From: an uncultured Acidobacteriota bacterium
GTDB lineage: Bacteria > Acidobacteriota > Polarisedimenticolia > Polarisedimenticolales > DASRJG01
NCBI GenBank assembly: GCA_964383585.1
Contig: CAYLHQ010000004.1
Span: 10,939-74,938, forward strand
Direction: 5' to 3'
DNA length: 64,000 nucleotides
Below are positions 63,260-64,000 of the stretch, one piece after another (the stretch's first letter is position 1; every line of letters begins with the position of its first letter). The translations under genes were made by a program, and so were the position numbers. The notes under the pieces are model-generated. The model made no database searches, was not told the DNA's origin, and saw nothing but the letters and a program-made list of their open reading frames with translations.

Positions 63260-63759
63260 GGCGGAACCTCCTTTCCGCAGCGGGTGGAACTCGACTCTTC
63301 GCCATCCTACTCTAGACATTCCGGTTGGGACTAGAGTTCGGTCGCGGGGTCCGATGAGCCCGCGGACCCTGCCGTCTCGAGGCATGAGCACGGCGAGCCG
63401 GGAACGGCGAGAGTCGGCATGTGGGACGGGAACTCGGACTCCTCGTGATCCTTGCGCGCTCGGTGGTTGGGACGTTGTTTCGGCGGCGGAGGGACCGAAC
63501 GTCGTGAGGTCCGGGGCGGGCGACGTCGCGCCGGCGGGGACCTTCCGGGACCCGTTTCGATCCGTGAGGACCTCGACGACGGGACGACGCTCGCCTTCGA
63601 AGGGACGCTCACGCTCGAACCGCAGCCGGAGGTGGCGTTCTTTTTCGCGTACGGGCGCACCTCGACACGGAAGCCGACGCGGAGAACCGCGAGTTGGCGG
63701 CGACCCGATCGACGTGACCCTCTGGGTCGCGCAGCTCTCGGCGGGCGTGATTGAGGAAC

Positions 63760-63806
63760 GGGGACAGGCACCTTTTCGAGCACGAAAAGGTGCCTGTCCC
63801 CTTTTT
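63760..63806. repeat. variant REP hairpin (19-bp stem, 4-nt loop) followed by T5; terminator-like
   Basis: GGGGACAGGCACCTTTTCG agca CGAAAAGGTGCCTGTCCCC TTTTT. It differs from the main family (ACTGG becomes ACAGG) with a matching change in the other arm. Confidence 0.8.
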
Positions 63807-63885
63807 ATCCCCCGCGGGCCGGGAAGATTGACAAGACCTCCGCGGCGCGGTACGTCTACCCCTCTTTGACCCAGGGGGGCAATCG

Positions 63886-64000
63886 ATGAAATGGATCGGC
63901 TTCGGAACCGTCCTCGTGGTGGTGTGCGCACTCGCGGCCGCGGCATCGGCCGCCTCGCCGGTCTTCGTCGACGCCGGTCGGACCGTCACGGTCGACCCGG
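63886..64000 (+). CDS. 5' part of a secreted protein gene (runs off the window)
   Basis: ATG 63886 follows a G-rich SD. MKWIGFGTVLVVVCALAAAASAASP is a clear signal peptide. TTGACA at 63828-63833 is a possible -35. Confidence 0.45.
   Translation, partial: MKWIGFGTVLVVVCALAAAASAASPVFVDAGRTVTVDP

Overview
Very GC-rich bacterial chromosomal segment. Third codon positions are almost all G/C, so the six-frame track is full of long antisense and alternate-frame shadow ORFs. I support about 55 genes, many joined by 4-nt ATGA/GTGA/TTGA stop/start overlaps.

Housekeeping and transport content:
- RND efflux pair, and a MacAB/DevCBA-like ABC exporter (adaptor, ATPase, two FtsX permeases).
- Zn-ADH, S46 dipeptidyl-peptidase, and a GMC-oxidoreductase/TPP-enzyme operon.
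- amidase-gerMN-murI-rph-rdgB block, gloA, and tRNA-Asn.

Accessory and unusual content:
1. A REP-associated tyrosine transposase (RAYT) bracketed by a 21-nt palindromic repeat family, AAAAGGGGACTGGCACCTTTT. The family has six loci in the window, four of them hairpin doublets.
2. A diglycine-ended MoaD/ThiS-like protein translationally coupled to a cytoplasmic BNR propeller and divergent from an E1+rhodanese enzyme.
3. An octaheme HAO-like cytochrome c divergent from a hemerythrin-porin-mobB-tusA operon, with a perfect TGTGA-N6-TCACA site between them.
4. A 15-kb secreted-protease island: one HEXXH metalloprotease, three S8 subtilases, an orphan receiver and a Cys-rich secreted protein.
5. A recurring FN3-like C-terminal module that ends seven large secreted proteins.
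6. vapBC and hicAB modules with near-identical leaderless-type promoters. hicAB sits in a direct-repeat-flanked cassette beside tRNA-Asn and a DDE integrase.
7. Three in-frame TGA codons and a doubly frameshifted acyl-CoA ligase, suggesting local gene decay, sequence errors or recoding.

No CRISPR array and no rRNA were seen.
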